Assembly: GCA_049967475.1 (NCBI GenBank)
Contig: JBMFSQ010000021.1
Location: 1 to 62,760 of the forward strand
Reading direction: 5' to 3'
DNA: 62,760 nucleotides
Origin: Chthonomonadales bacterium
GTDB taxonomy: Bacteria > Armatimonadota > Chthonomonadetes > Chthonomonadales > CAJBBX01
Positions 17,974 through 27,543 of this stretch are shown piece after piece. The notes below the pieces were generated by a model, which did not search any database, was not told the origin of the DNA, and was given only the letters and a program-made list of their open reading frames with translations. The position numbers and the translations under genes are program-made. Positions within the stretch are counted from its first letter, which is position 1. The number at the start of each line of letters is the position of its first letter.

Positions 17974-19047
17974 ATGGTTCAGGGCGCTTTCCCGCACGAG
18001 TACCTTACCTGTTCGCCCTTCGGAGCTACCGCCGACGGGTTGCCGGTAACCCTCTTCACCCTTTCGAACCGCCATGGCCTTTTGGTGCGCGTGGCCACGT
18101 TGGGCGCGGCCATCACGGAATTGCATATTCCCGATCGCCGTGGGGTGTTGGGGGATGTGGTTCTGGGCTTCGACCATCTAGCGGGATACCTGGCGCGCCA
18201 TCCCCATTTCGGAGTGATTGCCGGGAGGGTCGCGAACCGCATCGCCGGGGCAAGCTTTGAGCTGGAAGGAGCATCCTGCCAACTCATACCCAATGAAGGG
18301 CGCCACACTCTTCACGGTGGGCCGTTCGGCTTCGACAAGAAAGTGTGGCAGGCCCACGCTTCGGAAAGTGACGAAGGGCCTGCGGTATCTCTGAGCCTCA
18401 TGAGCCCACATGGGGACCAGGGCTTCCCAGGGAATCTCATCGCAACCGTTCGATACACTCTGACGCATGCGAACGCACTGCGCCTCGATTATTGGGCCGT
18501 GGCAGACCGACCCACCGTGGTGAACCTAACGAACCACTCCTACTTTAACTTGGCCGGCAGGGGCGATGTGCTGCGCCATGAGCTTGCGATCGCCGCCGAA
18601 GCCTACACTCCGTCCGACGAGCAACTCATTCCTACGGGCGAGATCCTGCCGGTAGAAGGCACCCCGCTGGACTTCCGGAAGAAAGCCGAAGTGGGCGCGC
18701 GAATGCATGAGCTTCCTTTTCATACCGGCGGCGGATATGACCACAACTATGTTCTGGATGCGGCCGGCAGATTGGATCGCCTCGCGGCACGCCTGAGAGA
18801 TCCCGGGAGCGGGCGCGTCCTGGAAGTCTACACGACCCAACCCGGGCTTCAGCTTTACACGGGGAACCACCTCGATGGTACGCTCACCGGAAAGCACGGA
18901 TGGTCCTACGGCAAGCACGCTGGTATCTGCCTCGAGACGCAGCATTTCCCCGATGCGGTGCATCATCCGAATTTCCCCTCTATTGTATTGAAGCCGGGAG
19001 AGATCTATCGCCAAACAACAATCTGGCGCTTTCTAGTGGAGGGGTAG
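17974..19047 (+). CDS. galM: Aldose 1-epimerase (mutarotase)
   Basis: GRVANRI, LHGG, GFPG, NLTNHSYFNL, YDHNY, CLETQHFPD. Confidence 0.95.
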   Translation: MVQGAFPHEYLTCSPFGATADGLPVTLFTLSNRHGLLVRVATLGAAITELHIPDRRGVLGDVVLGFDHLAGYLARHPHFGVIAGRVANRIAGASFELEGASCQLIPNEGRHTLHGGPFGFDKKVWQAHASESDEGPAVSLSLMSPHGDQGFPGNLIATVRYTLTHANALRLDYWAVADRPTVVNLTNHSYFNLAGRGDVLRHELAIAAEAYTPSDEQLIPTGEILPVEGTPLDFRKKAEVGARMHELPFHTGGGYDHNYVLDAAGRLDRLAARLRDPGSGRVLEVYTTQPGLQLYTGNHLDGTLTGKHGWSYGKHAGICLETQHFPDAVHHPNFPSIVLKPGEIYRQTTIWRFLVEG

Positions 19048-19193
19048 AACCGCAGAGTGCACGTCGGCTTCCAGGGCGGCGGGATACCCGTCTGGAGCAC
19101 GCCGAACCGACGGGTCTCCGGCCTGTAGGCGGAGGGCGCGTGGAGAACGGAGGCGTGACGGCAATCTACGGGTGCAGGAGGTTCTGAAGCAAC

Positions 19194-21425
19194 ATGGTGC
19201 GATTTTGGATGAGGAGGGTGGTTGCGTTGCTGGTACCGTTTCTGTGCCTTCAATCGGGTGAAATGGCGGAGGCCGATTGGCACGCGGCCAAGGGCCCCTT
19301 AGCCACCAGATGGGCGGCCGATGTGTCTCCGACCCGCGTGCATCCCGAGTATCCGCGGCCCCAGATGGTCCGACCCGAGTGGATCAACCTCAACGGTTTG
19401 TGGGATTACGCCATTACAGGCCGCGGTGACTTTGCTCCCACGCATTATGAGGGCAAGATCCTCGTCCCATTCCCCGTAGAAAGCGCCCTATCCGGAGTGA
19501 TGAAGGCGATCCGGCCGGATCAGCGCATTTGGTATCGCCGGACGTTTCAGGTCCCTCGAACCTTCAAAGGGAAGCGGGTGCTGCTTCATTTCGGGGCGGT
19601 GGATTGGGAGGCTACGGTCATCGTCAACGGGCACGAGGCAGGCGTCCATCGCGGAGGATACGACGGGTTTACCTACGACATCACGCCTGCATTGGCGCCA
19701 AATGGCCCCCAGGAACTGATCGTGTCGGTTTGGGATCCAACCGACGCCGGCCCTCAGCCTCGGGGGAAGCAGACCCTAAAGCCTGGCGGCATCTATTACA
19801 CTCCTACGAGCGGCATTTGGCAAACGGTATGGCTGGAAGCGGTGCCTGCTTCGAGCATCGCAGATCTGCAGATTACGCCTGACGTGGACCATTCTTCCGT
19901 AGAGGTAACCGCAACGGTCCGCGGGTCTGCTCAGGGCATTGGCGTAGACGTGGAAGTGTCGGCAGGGGGGCGCCCAATCGCCCAAGCGCACGGCTTAGCT
20001 GGGAGGCCCGTCCGCGTGGCCATTCCCCATCCGCAACTCTGGTCGCCGGACCATCCATTTCTATACGATCTTCGCGTTTCGTTGAAACGGGCCGGCAAGA
20101 CGGTGGATGCGGTAACCAGCTACTTCGGCATGCGCAAGATCGCACTGGGGAAGGATGCCCGAGGCATCACCCGGCCGATGCTGAATGGGCACTTCGTGTT
20201 TCAGATCGGGCCGCTGGATCAGGGTTTCTGGCCGGACGGCCTCTACACGGCTCCGACGGATGCTGCTCTGCGCTACGATTTGGAAGTGATGAAGCAGCTT
20301 GGTTTCAACATGGTGCGCAAGCACGTGAAGGTGGAGCCCGAACGCTGGTACTACTGGTGTGATAAGCTTGGATTGCTCGTATGGCAAGACATGCCCTCGG
20401 GCAACAACGACACTCCCGATGCCAAACATCAGTTTGAGTTGGAGCTGCAGCGGATGATCTTGTCGCACCGGAACCACCCGTGCATCGTTCAGTGGGTCGT
20501 ATTCAATGAAGGGTGGGGCCAGTACGATACCGAGCGCCTTACGGATTGGGTAAAGCGCCTGGATCCCACAAGGCTCGTGGATGACGCCAGCGGCTGGACC
20601 GACAAGGGTGTTGGCGACGTTCACGATATGCACAACTATCCCGGCCCGGGATCTCCTCACCCGGAGGCCCATCGGGCAGCGGTTCTCGGAGAATTCGGGG
20701 GGCTGGGGTTGAAGATTGACGGCCACACCTGGGAGAACAAGACCTGGGGGTACCAGGGAATGTCCGATCGGGATGCCCTCACCCGCAGGTATGTTCGGCT
20801 CCTTCGCGGCGTTTATCGCCTCAAGGATGATCCCGGGTTGAGTGGAGCCGTCTATACTCAGATCACCGACGTGGAGACCGAGGGAAACGGCCTCATGACC
20901 TACGACCGGGCCGTACTGAAGGTGGATGCCGCCGCAGTTTCGGCCGCCAATCGAGGAAAGTTCCCGCCCGAGGCTCAACTGGCTGTTCTGGTCCCTTCTT
21001 CAAAGGATGCCGCACAAATCTGGCGGTACACGTTCCAGGAGCCGCCTGCAAACTGGTATCAACCCGACTTCGATGATGCGGGCTGGAAGGAAGGGCCGGG
21101 AGGCTTCGGCACCCTGGGTACGCCGGGCGCCGTGGTGCGAACCCAATGGAACTCCAGCGACATCTGGCTCCGCCGTACGTTCACGGTGACGGCACCTCTT
21201 CCGGCCCACGTCGAACTGTTGATCCACCATGACGAGGATGCGGAAGTCTACCTCAACGGAGTGCGCATCTCCCACCTTGGCGGCTACACTACCGATTATG
21301 AAGAGGTGGACCTCGAGGCGGACGCGCGCCGGGCGCTCAAACCGGGCACGAATGTTCTGGCGGTGCACTGTCACCAGACCGCAGGCGGCCAATACATAGA
21401 TGTGGGTCTGTTGGCCTCCGAATAA
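19194..21425 (+). CDS. Secreted glycoside hydrolase family 2 with C-terminal carbohydrate-binding-like domain
   Basis: Signal peptide; EYPRPQ, LHFGAVD, SGIWQTVWLE, RKHVK, FNEGWGQ (acid/base), GEFGG (nucleophile). Confidence 0.9.
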   Translation: MVRFWMRRVVALLVPFLCLQSGEMAEADWHAAKGPLATRWAADVSPTRVHPEYPRPQMVRPEWINLNGLWDYAITGRGDFAPTHYEGKILVPFPVESALSGVMKAIRPDQRIWYRRTFQVPRTFKGKRVLLHFGAVDWEATVIVNGHEAGVHRGGYDGFTYDITPALAPNGPQELIVSVWDPTDAGPQPRGKQTLKPGGIYYTPTSGIWQTVWLEAVPASSIADLQITPDVDHSSVEVTATVRGSAQGIGVDVEVSAGGRPIAQAHGLAGRPVRVAIPHPQLWSPDHPFLYDLRVSLKRAGKTVDAVTSYFGMRKIALGKDARGITRPMLNGHFVFQIGPLDQGFWPDGLYTAPTDAALRYDLEVMKQLGFNMVRKHVKVEPERWYYWCDKLGLLVWQDMPSGNNDTPDAKHQFELELQRMILSHRNHPCIVQWVVFNEGWGQYDTERLTDWVKRLDPTRLVDDASGWTDKGVGDVHDMHNYPGPGSPHPEAHRAAVLGEFGGLGLKIDGHTWENKTWGYQGMSDRDALTRRYVRLLRGVYRLKDDPGLSGAVYTQITDVETEGNGLMTYDRAVLKVDAAAVSAANRGKFPPEAQLAVLVPSSKDAAQIWRYTFQEPPANWYQPDFDDAGWKEGPGGFGTLGTPGAVVRTQWNSSDIWLRRTFTVTAPLPAHVELLIHHDEDAEVYLNGVRISHLGGYTTDYEEVDLEADARRALKPGTNVLAVHCHQTAGGQYIDVGLLASE

Positions 21426-21497
21426 CTTCGCTTTATCCGGTGCAGCGCTGATGGGCACTCGGCTTGTCGGGGGTTCAACCGGGACCCTGGTCAGGCG

Positions 21498-22652
21498 ATG
21501 TGGAGGCGCCAAAGGGTAGTTATGATCAGGATGATTGGGGCGGCGATGTGCTTAGCCCATTTCAACCTCCCGTTGCGGCCGGCCTTCACACCGCCGCCCA
21601 AACACTACAACTATGCACCATGCTTCGTGCAAGTGCCCGGTCAGCTCCATGTTTGGTACTGCGCCAACCTGAAGTCTGGAAACGTAACGGACGCCATCTG
21701 CCATCGAAGAGCGCTTTGGTCCCGGCACGGTTGGGCCTGGGGCCCCGAAACGGTGGCTCTCCAGCCGGCGCAGGGGCGACTTGCGTGGGATTGCCGCCAT
21801 GTATGCGATCCTGAGGTGGTGGGCGGGTATTTTCGGTTCCGCGGCAAACGTTGGCGCTATCTGCTGCTGTATCTGGGCACCAACGCAGAAGCATCTACCC
21901 ATAACCAGGTAGGGGCGGCCCTTGCCGATTCGCTGGAAGGACCCTGGCACCGTTACCCGCGGCCCATCATTCCCTACACATCGGCGGCGTCAGGCGGAAT
22001 AGTGGGAGAAGCGGGAGGATGGCTCGTCTACCGCTTTTGGGGTGTAGGCCAGCCGTCAGCCATTTCCCTCGATGGGCGTGGGCGGCTCCTGATCTTCTAT
22101 TCCCGTGGCGAGGAGGCGTCAGGGGAGGAGATGTTGGAAGCGGACCTTTCGGATCTGGATCGGGGGCCGCTGGTGGGAAGTCCCGTACAAGTACCGGGCA
22201 ACGGCATACGCAGCGGGCGGGAGGCCATCTCTGCTCCCGTGAACAACGTAGGGATCGCACGAGGCAAGGACCGGTACCTGTACATGGTGTGCGATGGTCC
22301 CCTCCACACGGATGGCCGCAAGCCGGATTTCATTTCGGCTGAGGTTGGGCTCTTCCGCATCAAGTGGAGGGATTTGAGGCGAAGAGCCGGCCGGTGGGAA
22401 CGGGTTGCAGTTCTGGACGCTGCGAGCACGGGTTGGCCACGAAACCACAACGCGTGCATTCTCAAAGATCTTCTGGGCCGCGTTCCCATGGAGCATAGGA
22501 TTTCCTTGGGTGTGTCCGTTGCGGAGGCCTACGAAGTGCTGCCTTCCGATGCCGGTTGGCTGTGGAGCTACCGCGTGGTGCTGCTCGACCCGCCGGCGGC
22601 AGACGGCCGCAGCAGTGTGGGGAAGGCCAGTCCTCCATGCCCCCGGCGGTAG
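21498..22652 (+). CDS. Hypothetical secreted protein, probable five-bladed beta-propeller (GH43/32-like)
   Basis: NYAPC, VCDPEVV, VGAALADSLEGPW and GQPSAI blade-like motifs; lies in a carbohydrate locus; start uncertain. Confidence 0.55.
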   Translation: MWRRQRVVMIRMIGAAMCLAHFNLPLRPAFTPPPKHYNYAPCFVQVPGQLHVWYCANLKSGNVTDAICHRRALWSRHGWAWGPETVALQPAQGRLAWDCRHVCDPEVVGGYFRFRGKRWRYLLLYLGTNAEASTHNQVGAALADSLEGPWHRYPRPIIPYTSAASGGIVGEAGGWLVYRFWGVGQPSAISLDGRGRLLIFYSRGEEASGEEMLEADLSDLDRGPLVGSPVQVPGNGIRSGREAISAPVNNVGIARGKDRYLYMVCDGPLHTDGRKPDFISAEVGLFRIKWRDLRRRAGRWERVAVLDAASTGWPRNHNACILKDLLGRVPMEHRISLGVSVAEAYEVLPSDAGWLWSYRVVLLDPPAADGRSSVGKASPPCPRR

Positions 22653-22796
22653 TTCGGTGACTTCCGTGTTGCCGCGCACGAGCCGTCTTCCGGGATGCCT
22701 CCGTCTACTGCACGTTCCTCCATTTGCGTCGAGACACGCACGCGTAAGTTCCCACGTTGTTTGGGGCTGTTCGAGAAGAAGTAAAGGGGGACGAGC

Positions 22797-22847
22797 TTGC
22801 AAAAGCGGCGTGGCATATGATACGATGCATGTATATCGTATTGCCAC
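22797..22847 (+). promoter_or_regulatory. sigma70 promoter TTGCAA-N18-TACGAT overlapped by an inverted repeat (probable LacI-family operator)
   Basis: ATACGAT(22820-22826)/ATCGTAT(22835-22841) and GTGGCA(22810-22815)/TGCCAC(22842-22847); extended -10 TG. Confidence 0.55.
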
Positions 22848-22869
22848 TTCATTGTCGTTCGGAGGCCTC

Positions 22870-23919
22870 ATGGGCGTTACCCAAAAAGAGATTGCGCGCC
22901 GCCTCAACCTCTCCCAGAGCCTTGTGGCGGGAGTTCTCGGCAACCGCCCAGGGATATGGGTCTCTCAGGAGAAGCGGGACCTCATACTGCGCACCGCGCG
23001 CGAGTTGGGATACCGCCCTAACGCGGCAGCGCGGTCCCTCAGAAGCGGAAAGACCCATGTGGTTGCCTGCGTGTTTCTAGGCTCATGCGGGTACCAGGCA
23101 GTGGCCGAAGCGCTGGCCGACCGGCTCGCGGTCCACGGGTACGACCTTTTGGTGCGCGTCGTGACCGATATCGGGCAGCAGGGCGATCGGGTGCACCGCC
23201 TCCTTGTGCCGGGCGTGTGCGATGCCGTGGCCATCTGGGGGCTTGAGCCCGACATTCTTGCAGTTGGGAAGATCCTGGAGGCTGCAGGGGTGCCCTTCGT
23301 AGTCAAAGGCCGCCTCGAGCGCGAGCGCCCCCATTGGTTTCAGGTGGACTTTGACCATGAGGCCATGATGGATGGGGCATTGGCCTGGATCGCGTCCCAT
23401 GGCCGACGCCGCGTGGCCTATATCGGGTACGACAACGGCCTCGTCTACACGCAGAGACTGAGGGAAGGTTTTGATGCTGCGTGCCGGGAGCATATCGGCG
23501 CGGAAGCGGATCCTGCATTCATCGCCGAGGTACCTGAAGGGGTAGAAGCTGCCTGTGCTGCAGCAGAGAGATGGCTCGATGCATCCAGCGGCGCGGCGCC
23601 GGACGCCATCGTGATCGGGGCGGGGCCGGCGGCCTGGCTTGGAGTGGAGGTCGCTTTGGTCCGAAGAGGACGCTGCATCGGCACGGGACCCTCCGATGTT
23701 GTGGTGACGGGCATCGGCAGCACTACGCCGCTGCTCTATGGCCAGGCCGTCTGCTACGATGGCGCGGATCTGGTGCTGATCGCCGCGGCCATGGTAGACG
23801 CATTGCTCGTTCCGATGCTTTCCGGGCGCATGCCTAGTTCCGCGGTCGTGAGGCTCGTGCCGCCGCTTCGCCGCCGGCCTAGCCTGGATCTTCCGGCCGG
23901 TCCATCACGCGCTCCCTAG
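22870..23919 (+). CDS. LacI-family transcriptional regulator
   Basis: N-terminal HTH TQKEIARRLNLSQSLVAGVL..ELGYRPNAAARSL followed by a sugar-binding domain; GGAGG RBS at 22861. Confidence 0.9.
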   Translation: MGVTQKEIARRLNLSQSLVAGVLGNRPGIWVSQEKRDLILRTARELGYRPNAAARSLRSGKTHVVACVFLGSCGYQAVAEALADRLAVHGYDLLVRVVTDIGQQGDRVHRLLVPGVCDAVAIWGLEPDILAVGKILEAAGVPFVVKGRLERERPHWFQVDFDHEAMMDGALAWIASHGRRRVAYIGYDNGLVYTQRLREGFDAACREHIGAEADPAFIAEVPEGVEAACAAAERWLDASSGAAPDAIVIGAGPAAWLGVEVALVRRGRCIGTGPSDVVVTGIGSTTPLLYGQAVCYDGADLVLIAAAMVDALLVPMLSGRMPSSAVVRLVPPLRRRPSLDLPAGPSRAP

Positions 23920-23971
23920 GAACGCGCGAGAATGCCGCTGGGTACTGCATTTTGCAGGGGAGGGACAGCAA

Positions 23972-25339
23972 ATGCTTCCGATCATATTTGCGATGACGTA
24001 CGCGGGCCGCGAGCCTCTTGCGCTCCATCCGCGAAACCCGCACATCTTCGTGTTCCGCGGCAAGCCTGTGGTACTGGTGACGTCGTCCGGCCACTATGGC
24101 CAGGTGCTGAACCTCGATTTTGACTGGCGCGCATCCCTAGCAGAGTTGCGCCGGTGGGGCTTCAACTACACCCGCATCTTCTCGGGGGTCTATTGGGAGG
24201 AGCCCGGCGATTTCAACATCCGCGCCAACATTTTGGCGCCGTCTCCGGGGCGCGTAGTCTGTCCGTGGGCGCGTGTGAAGAAGGGGGCGGCGGATGGCGG
24301 GGGTCCCTTCGACCTTTCCCGTTGGGACGAGGCCTACTTCCGAAGGATCAAGGCCTTTGTCGGCGAGGCAGCCCGCTTCGGCATCGTTGTGGAGGTAACC
24401 CTGTTTTGCCCCTTCTATACCGAAGGCCAGTGGCGCTTGAGCCCGATGAACGCTGCAAACAACGTCAATGGAGTGGGAGGGTGCTCGCGAGAAGAGGTCT
24501 ACACTCTTCAGCATGCGGACCTGACGCGCGTTCAGGAAGAGGTCACGCGGAAGCTCGTTCGAGAGCTGAACGGCTTCGACAACGTCTTCTATGAGATCTG
24601 CAATGAACCCTACTTCGGCGGCGTCACGATGGACTGGCAGAAGCATATCGCCGGGGTCATCACAGAGGAAGAGGCGCACCTTCCCCATCGCCATTTGATC
24701 GCACAGAACATTGCCAACGGATCGGCGTCTGTGCAGAACCCGCACCCCAATGTGTCTCTCCTCAATTTCCATTACGCCTCTCCGCCGGACGCCGTCCGCG
24801 AGAATTACCACCTGAACCGGGCAATCGGCTTCGACGAGACAGGCTTTCGAGGAACAGAGGATCGGCCCTATCGTGTGGATGCGTGGGAGTTCATGCTGGC
24901 CGGAGGCGCTCTATACGATCATCTCGATTATTCGTTCACCGTGGCTCATCCTGACGGCACCGAGGTCGTAACGGATCCGACTCCGGGAGGCGGCGGACCG
25001 CGCATCCGGGAGCAGCTTTCGACACTGCTGCGCTTCCTAAAGGAGTTGGACCTGGTTGCCATGACGCCCTTCAACAACTACAGGATCCAGCCGGAAGCAG
25101 CCGGAGCGCGCGTGCTGGCATCTTCCGGCAAAGAATACGCCGCCTACGTTCATGGGGCGCGACAGATGCGCTTGGTCCTCGAGATGCCACCAGGGCGCTA
25201 TCGGGCAGAATGGGTGGATCCGGTGGATGGCCGTCACTTTGCCCCGGAAGAGATCGAGCATGCCGGCGGTTCATGGGAGTTTCATGCTCCATCCGATCTC
25301 CATGAGGCTGCATTGAGAGTAGTGAGGATTTCACGATGA
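23972..25339 (+). CDS. Clan GH-A (GH5-like) TIM-barrel glycoside hydrolase with C-terminal beta domain
   Basis: YEICNEP acid/base motif, NFHY, GFDETG putative nucleophile, C-terminal GRYRAEWVDP. Confidence 0.7.
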   Translation: MLPIIFAMTYAGREPLALHPRNPHIFVFRGKPVVLVTSSGHYGQVLNLDFDWRASLAELRRWGFNYTRIFSGVYWEEPGDFNIRANILAPSPGRVVCPWARVKKGAADGGGPFDLSRWDEAYFRRIKAFVGEAARFGIVVEVTLFCPFYTEGQWRLSPMNAANNVNGVGGCSREEVYTLQHADLTRVQEEVTRKLVRELNGFDNVFYEICNEPYFGGVTMDWQKHIAGVITEEEAHLPHRHLIAQNIANGSASVQNPHPNVSLLNFHYASPPDAVRENYHLNRAIGFDETGFRGTEDRPYRVDAWEFMLAGGALYDHLDYSFTVAHPDGTEVVTDPTPGGGGPRIREQLSTLLRFLKELDLVAMTPFNNYRIQPEAAGARVLASSGKEYAAYVHGARQMRLVLEMPPGRYRAEWVDPVDGRHFAPEEIEHAGGSWEFHAPSDLHEAALRVVRISR

Positions 25340-27543
25340 GGACAATGGCCGCGTGGCTGCTGTTTGGTATTCTATGCGCTTCCAGTGCTGTGCGGGCGGG
25401 CGGGCAAGGAGCCATCCCGATGCTGTCCTACCGAACGTCGTGGATCGGTAATACCTATGGCGGAGCCAAGGACGAATGGGTGCAGGACTGGGTGCAGGCC
25501 ATGTACGTAACCCGGGACGGAACGGTATTCACCAATGCATTTTGGGACGAGGGCGGCCGGGAAGTAGGCATCTACCGAGATGGGCGGGTTGTGGGGATGG
25601 CCGCACACACCCATGGTTGGGGATATACCGGCGGAGCAGCCGTCACAGCCAACAGCAAGTATCTGTTCGTTGCGCAGTCCGTCCATTCCGAGGGCGGGAA
25701 CCTGAAAGATGCGGACACTTGGCCGCCCAAGGGCCGGATTTGGGTGGGTGTGTCTCGGAGGCTCCGCGACGATCCCAAGTTGGGCGCCCCGTTCCCCGGT
25801 GGAAAAGGCGGAGCCGGCGACACTCTGAAAAGCTGCTTCCTGAAGGTTGCCGAGTTGGCCGAAGGGCAGAACAGCTCGCTTACAGGGCTAGCCGCGAATG
25901 CAAGGCGTCTCTTCGTGAGCGACCCGTTTTCATCGGCCATCCGCGTCTACGATGCCGACACGATGGAGGCTCTGACCGCGTGGCGCGTGAAAGATCCGGG
26001 GGCGCTTGCGGCGGCGGAGGATGGATCGGTATGGGCGGTGTCGCGTTCGGGATCCGCCGGCTCCTACAAGGTGCTTCACTACGCGCCAACGGCCAATTCC
26101 ACACCCCTCCCAGACAGCGTTGATTTGCCTTCCGGGGTCAAGCCCACGGCTCTGTGTGTGGATGCCCACGGGAACCTCTGGATTGCCGATGACGGACCCG
26201 ATCAGAACATCAAAGTCTTCGGGCGCCCGCACGGTGGTTCGACGAGCGCCGAACCTTTGGCTCTGCTGCGTACCTTTGGTGTGCGGGGTGGAGTGCTGGC
26301 CGGACCCGTGCCTGGTCGTGTGGGGCCGATGCGCTTCCATGACTTGAGCGGTGTGGGAGTGGATGGTCGGGGCAACATCTACGTGGCCAGTGGTTTCGGG
26401 GCAGCAGGGGACGGTGTTGGGACCGAGCTGGAATGTTACACGCCGCAGGGGAGGCGGCGGTGGCGACTCTTAGGGCTGATGTTCGTAGACGAGGCCGGGG
26501 CGGATCCGGCGAAACACACCGAGGTATTCAGCAAAAACAAACACTTCGCCCTAGACTACAACCACAACGACCCCGGGGGCGAGTGGAGCTATGTTGCCTA
26601 CACGTTGGACCACTTCCGCTATCCCCAGGATCCGCGGCTGCATGTGTATCCGGCCACAGTGTGGGTGCGGAACATCCGTGGCCGGCGGTTCCTGTACATG
26701 GTGGACATGTACTCGAGCTTTCTGGCGATATACCGCTTCGATCCCCATGGGCGCAGTGAGATCGCCATCCCATGCGGGTACTTCTCCAAGGAACACCTCA
26801 AAGCCCAACCAGGCAAGGAGGAATGGCCTCCTCATCAGCCTGCTGCAGGCGAGTGGATCTGGCGCGACGCCAACGGAAACGGCGCTTTCGACCCCTCGGA
26901 GTTCGACGGAAGGTCTCAGCAAGCGCCGCCCGCGTGGGGATGGTGGGTGGATAGCCGCGGCACGGTGTGGCAAGCGACAGAGCAGCAAGGCATCCGGCGC
27001 TTCCCCCTACTGGGACTGGACGCGCACGGGAGCCCGATCTATTCCTATGCGTCCATGCGAGTGGAACAGGCTCCGCCTCTTTTCACCAACCTCCAACGGG
27101 CCCAATACGACGCCGACACCGACACGATGTTTTGTGCGGGGTATACGACGGAACATCCCAACGAACGCGGATATTGGGGCGTCATCGGCACGGTTCTGGC
27201 AGCCTACCCGCACTGGAGCAAGGGTAACCGCACTCCCGCCTGGACGCAGGAAGTAGTGAGGACCGGCCCCAACGGAGATCGGCTTCCGCCGAAAGCCTTC
27301 GACGTTGCGGGCGATTGCGTGTTCCTTGTAGAAGTGTACGACGCGCTCGTGCGTGTGCTCAACAGGCACAACGGCACCTGGATCGGCGAGATCAAGCCGG
27401 GACCTGAGGTGGGCGGCACCAGCGGGTGGGTAGATATCCCTTATGGGATCAGCGCCTTCCGGCGGTCCGATGGGGAGTACATTATTCTCGTGGAAGAGGA
27501 TGCCCGGGCCAAGAACATCCTCTATCGTTGGAGGCGACCATGA
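25336..27543 (+). CDS. Secreted NHL/SMP-30-like beta-propeller protein
   Basis: Signal peptide; blades PTALCVDAHGNLWIAD and GVGVDGRGNIYVA; Ca-binding-like DANGNGAFD. Confidence 0.65.
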   Translation: MRTMAAWLLFGILCASSAVRAGGQGAIPMLSYRTSWIGNTYGGAKDEWVQDWVQAMYVTRDGTVFTNAFWDEGGREVGIYRDGRVVGMAAHTHGWGYTGGAAVTANSKYLFVAQSVHSEGGNLKDADTWPPKGRIWVGVSRRLRDDPKLGAPFPGGKGGAGDTLKSCFLKVAELAEGQNSSLTGLAANARRLFVSDPFSSAIRVYDADTMEALTAWRVKDPGALAAAEDGSVWAVSRSGSAGSYKVLHYAPTANSTPLPDSVDLPSGVKPTALCVDAHGNLWIADDGPDQNIKVFGRPHGGSTSAEPLALLRTFGVRGGVLAGPVPGRVGPMRFHDLSGVGVDGRGNIYVASGFGAAGDGVGTELECYTPQGRRRWRLLGLMFVDEAGADPAKHTEVFSKNKHFALDYNHNDPGGEWSYVAYTLDHFRYPQDPRLHVYPATVWVRNIRGRRFLYMVDMYSSFLAIYRFDPHGRSEIAIPCGYFSKEHLKAQPGKEEWPPHQPAAGEWIWRDANGNGAFDPSEFDGRSQQAPPAWGWWVDSRGTVWQATEQQGIRRFPLLGLDAHGSPIYSYASMRVEQAPPLFTNLQRAQYDADTDTMFCAGYTTEHPNERGYWGVIGTVLAAYPHWSKGNRTPAWTQEVVRTGPNGDRLPPKAFDVAGDCVFLVEVYDALVRVLNRHNGTWIGEIKPGPEVGGTSGWVDIPYGISAFRRSDGEYIILVEEDARAKNILYRWRRP

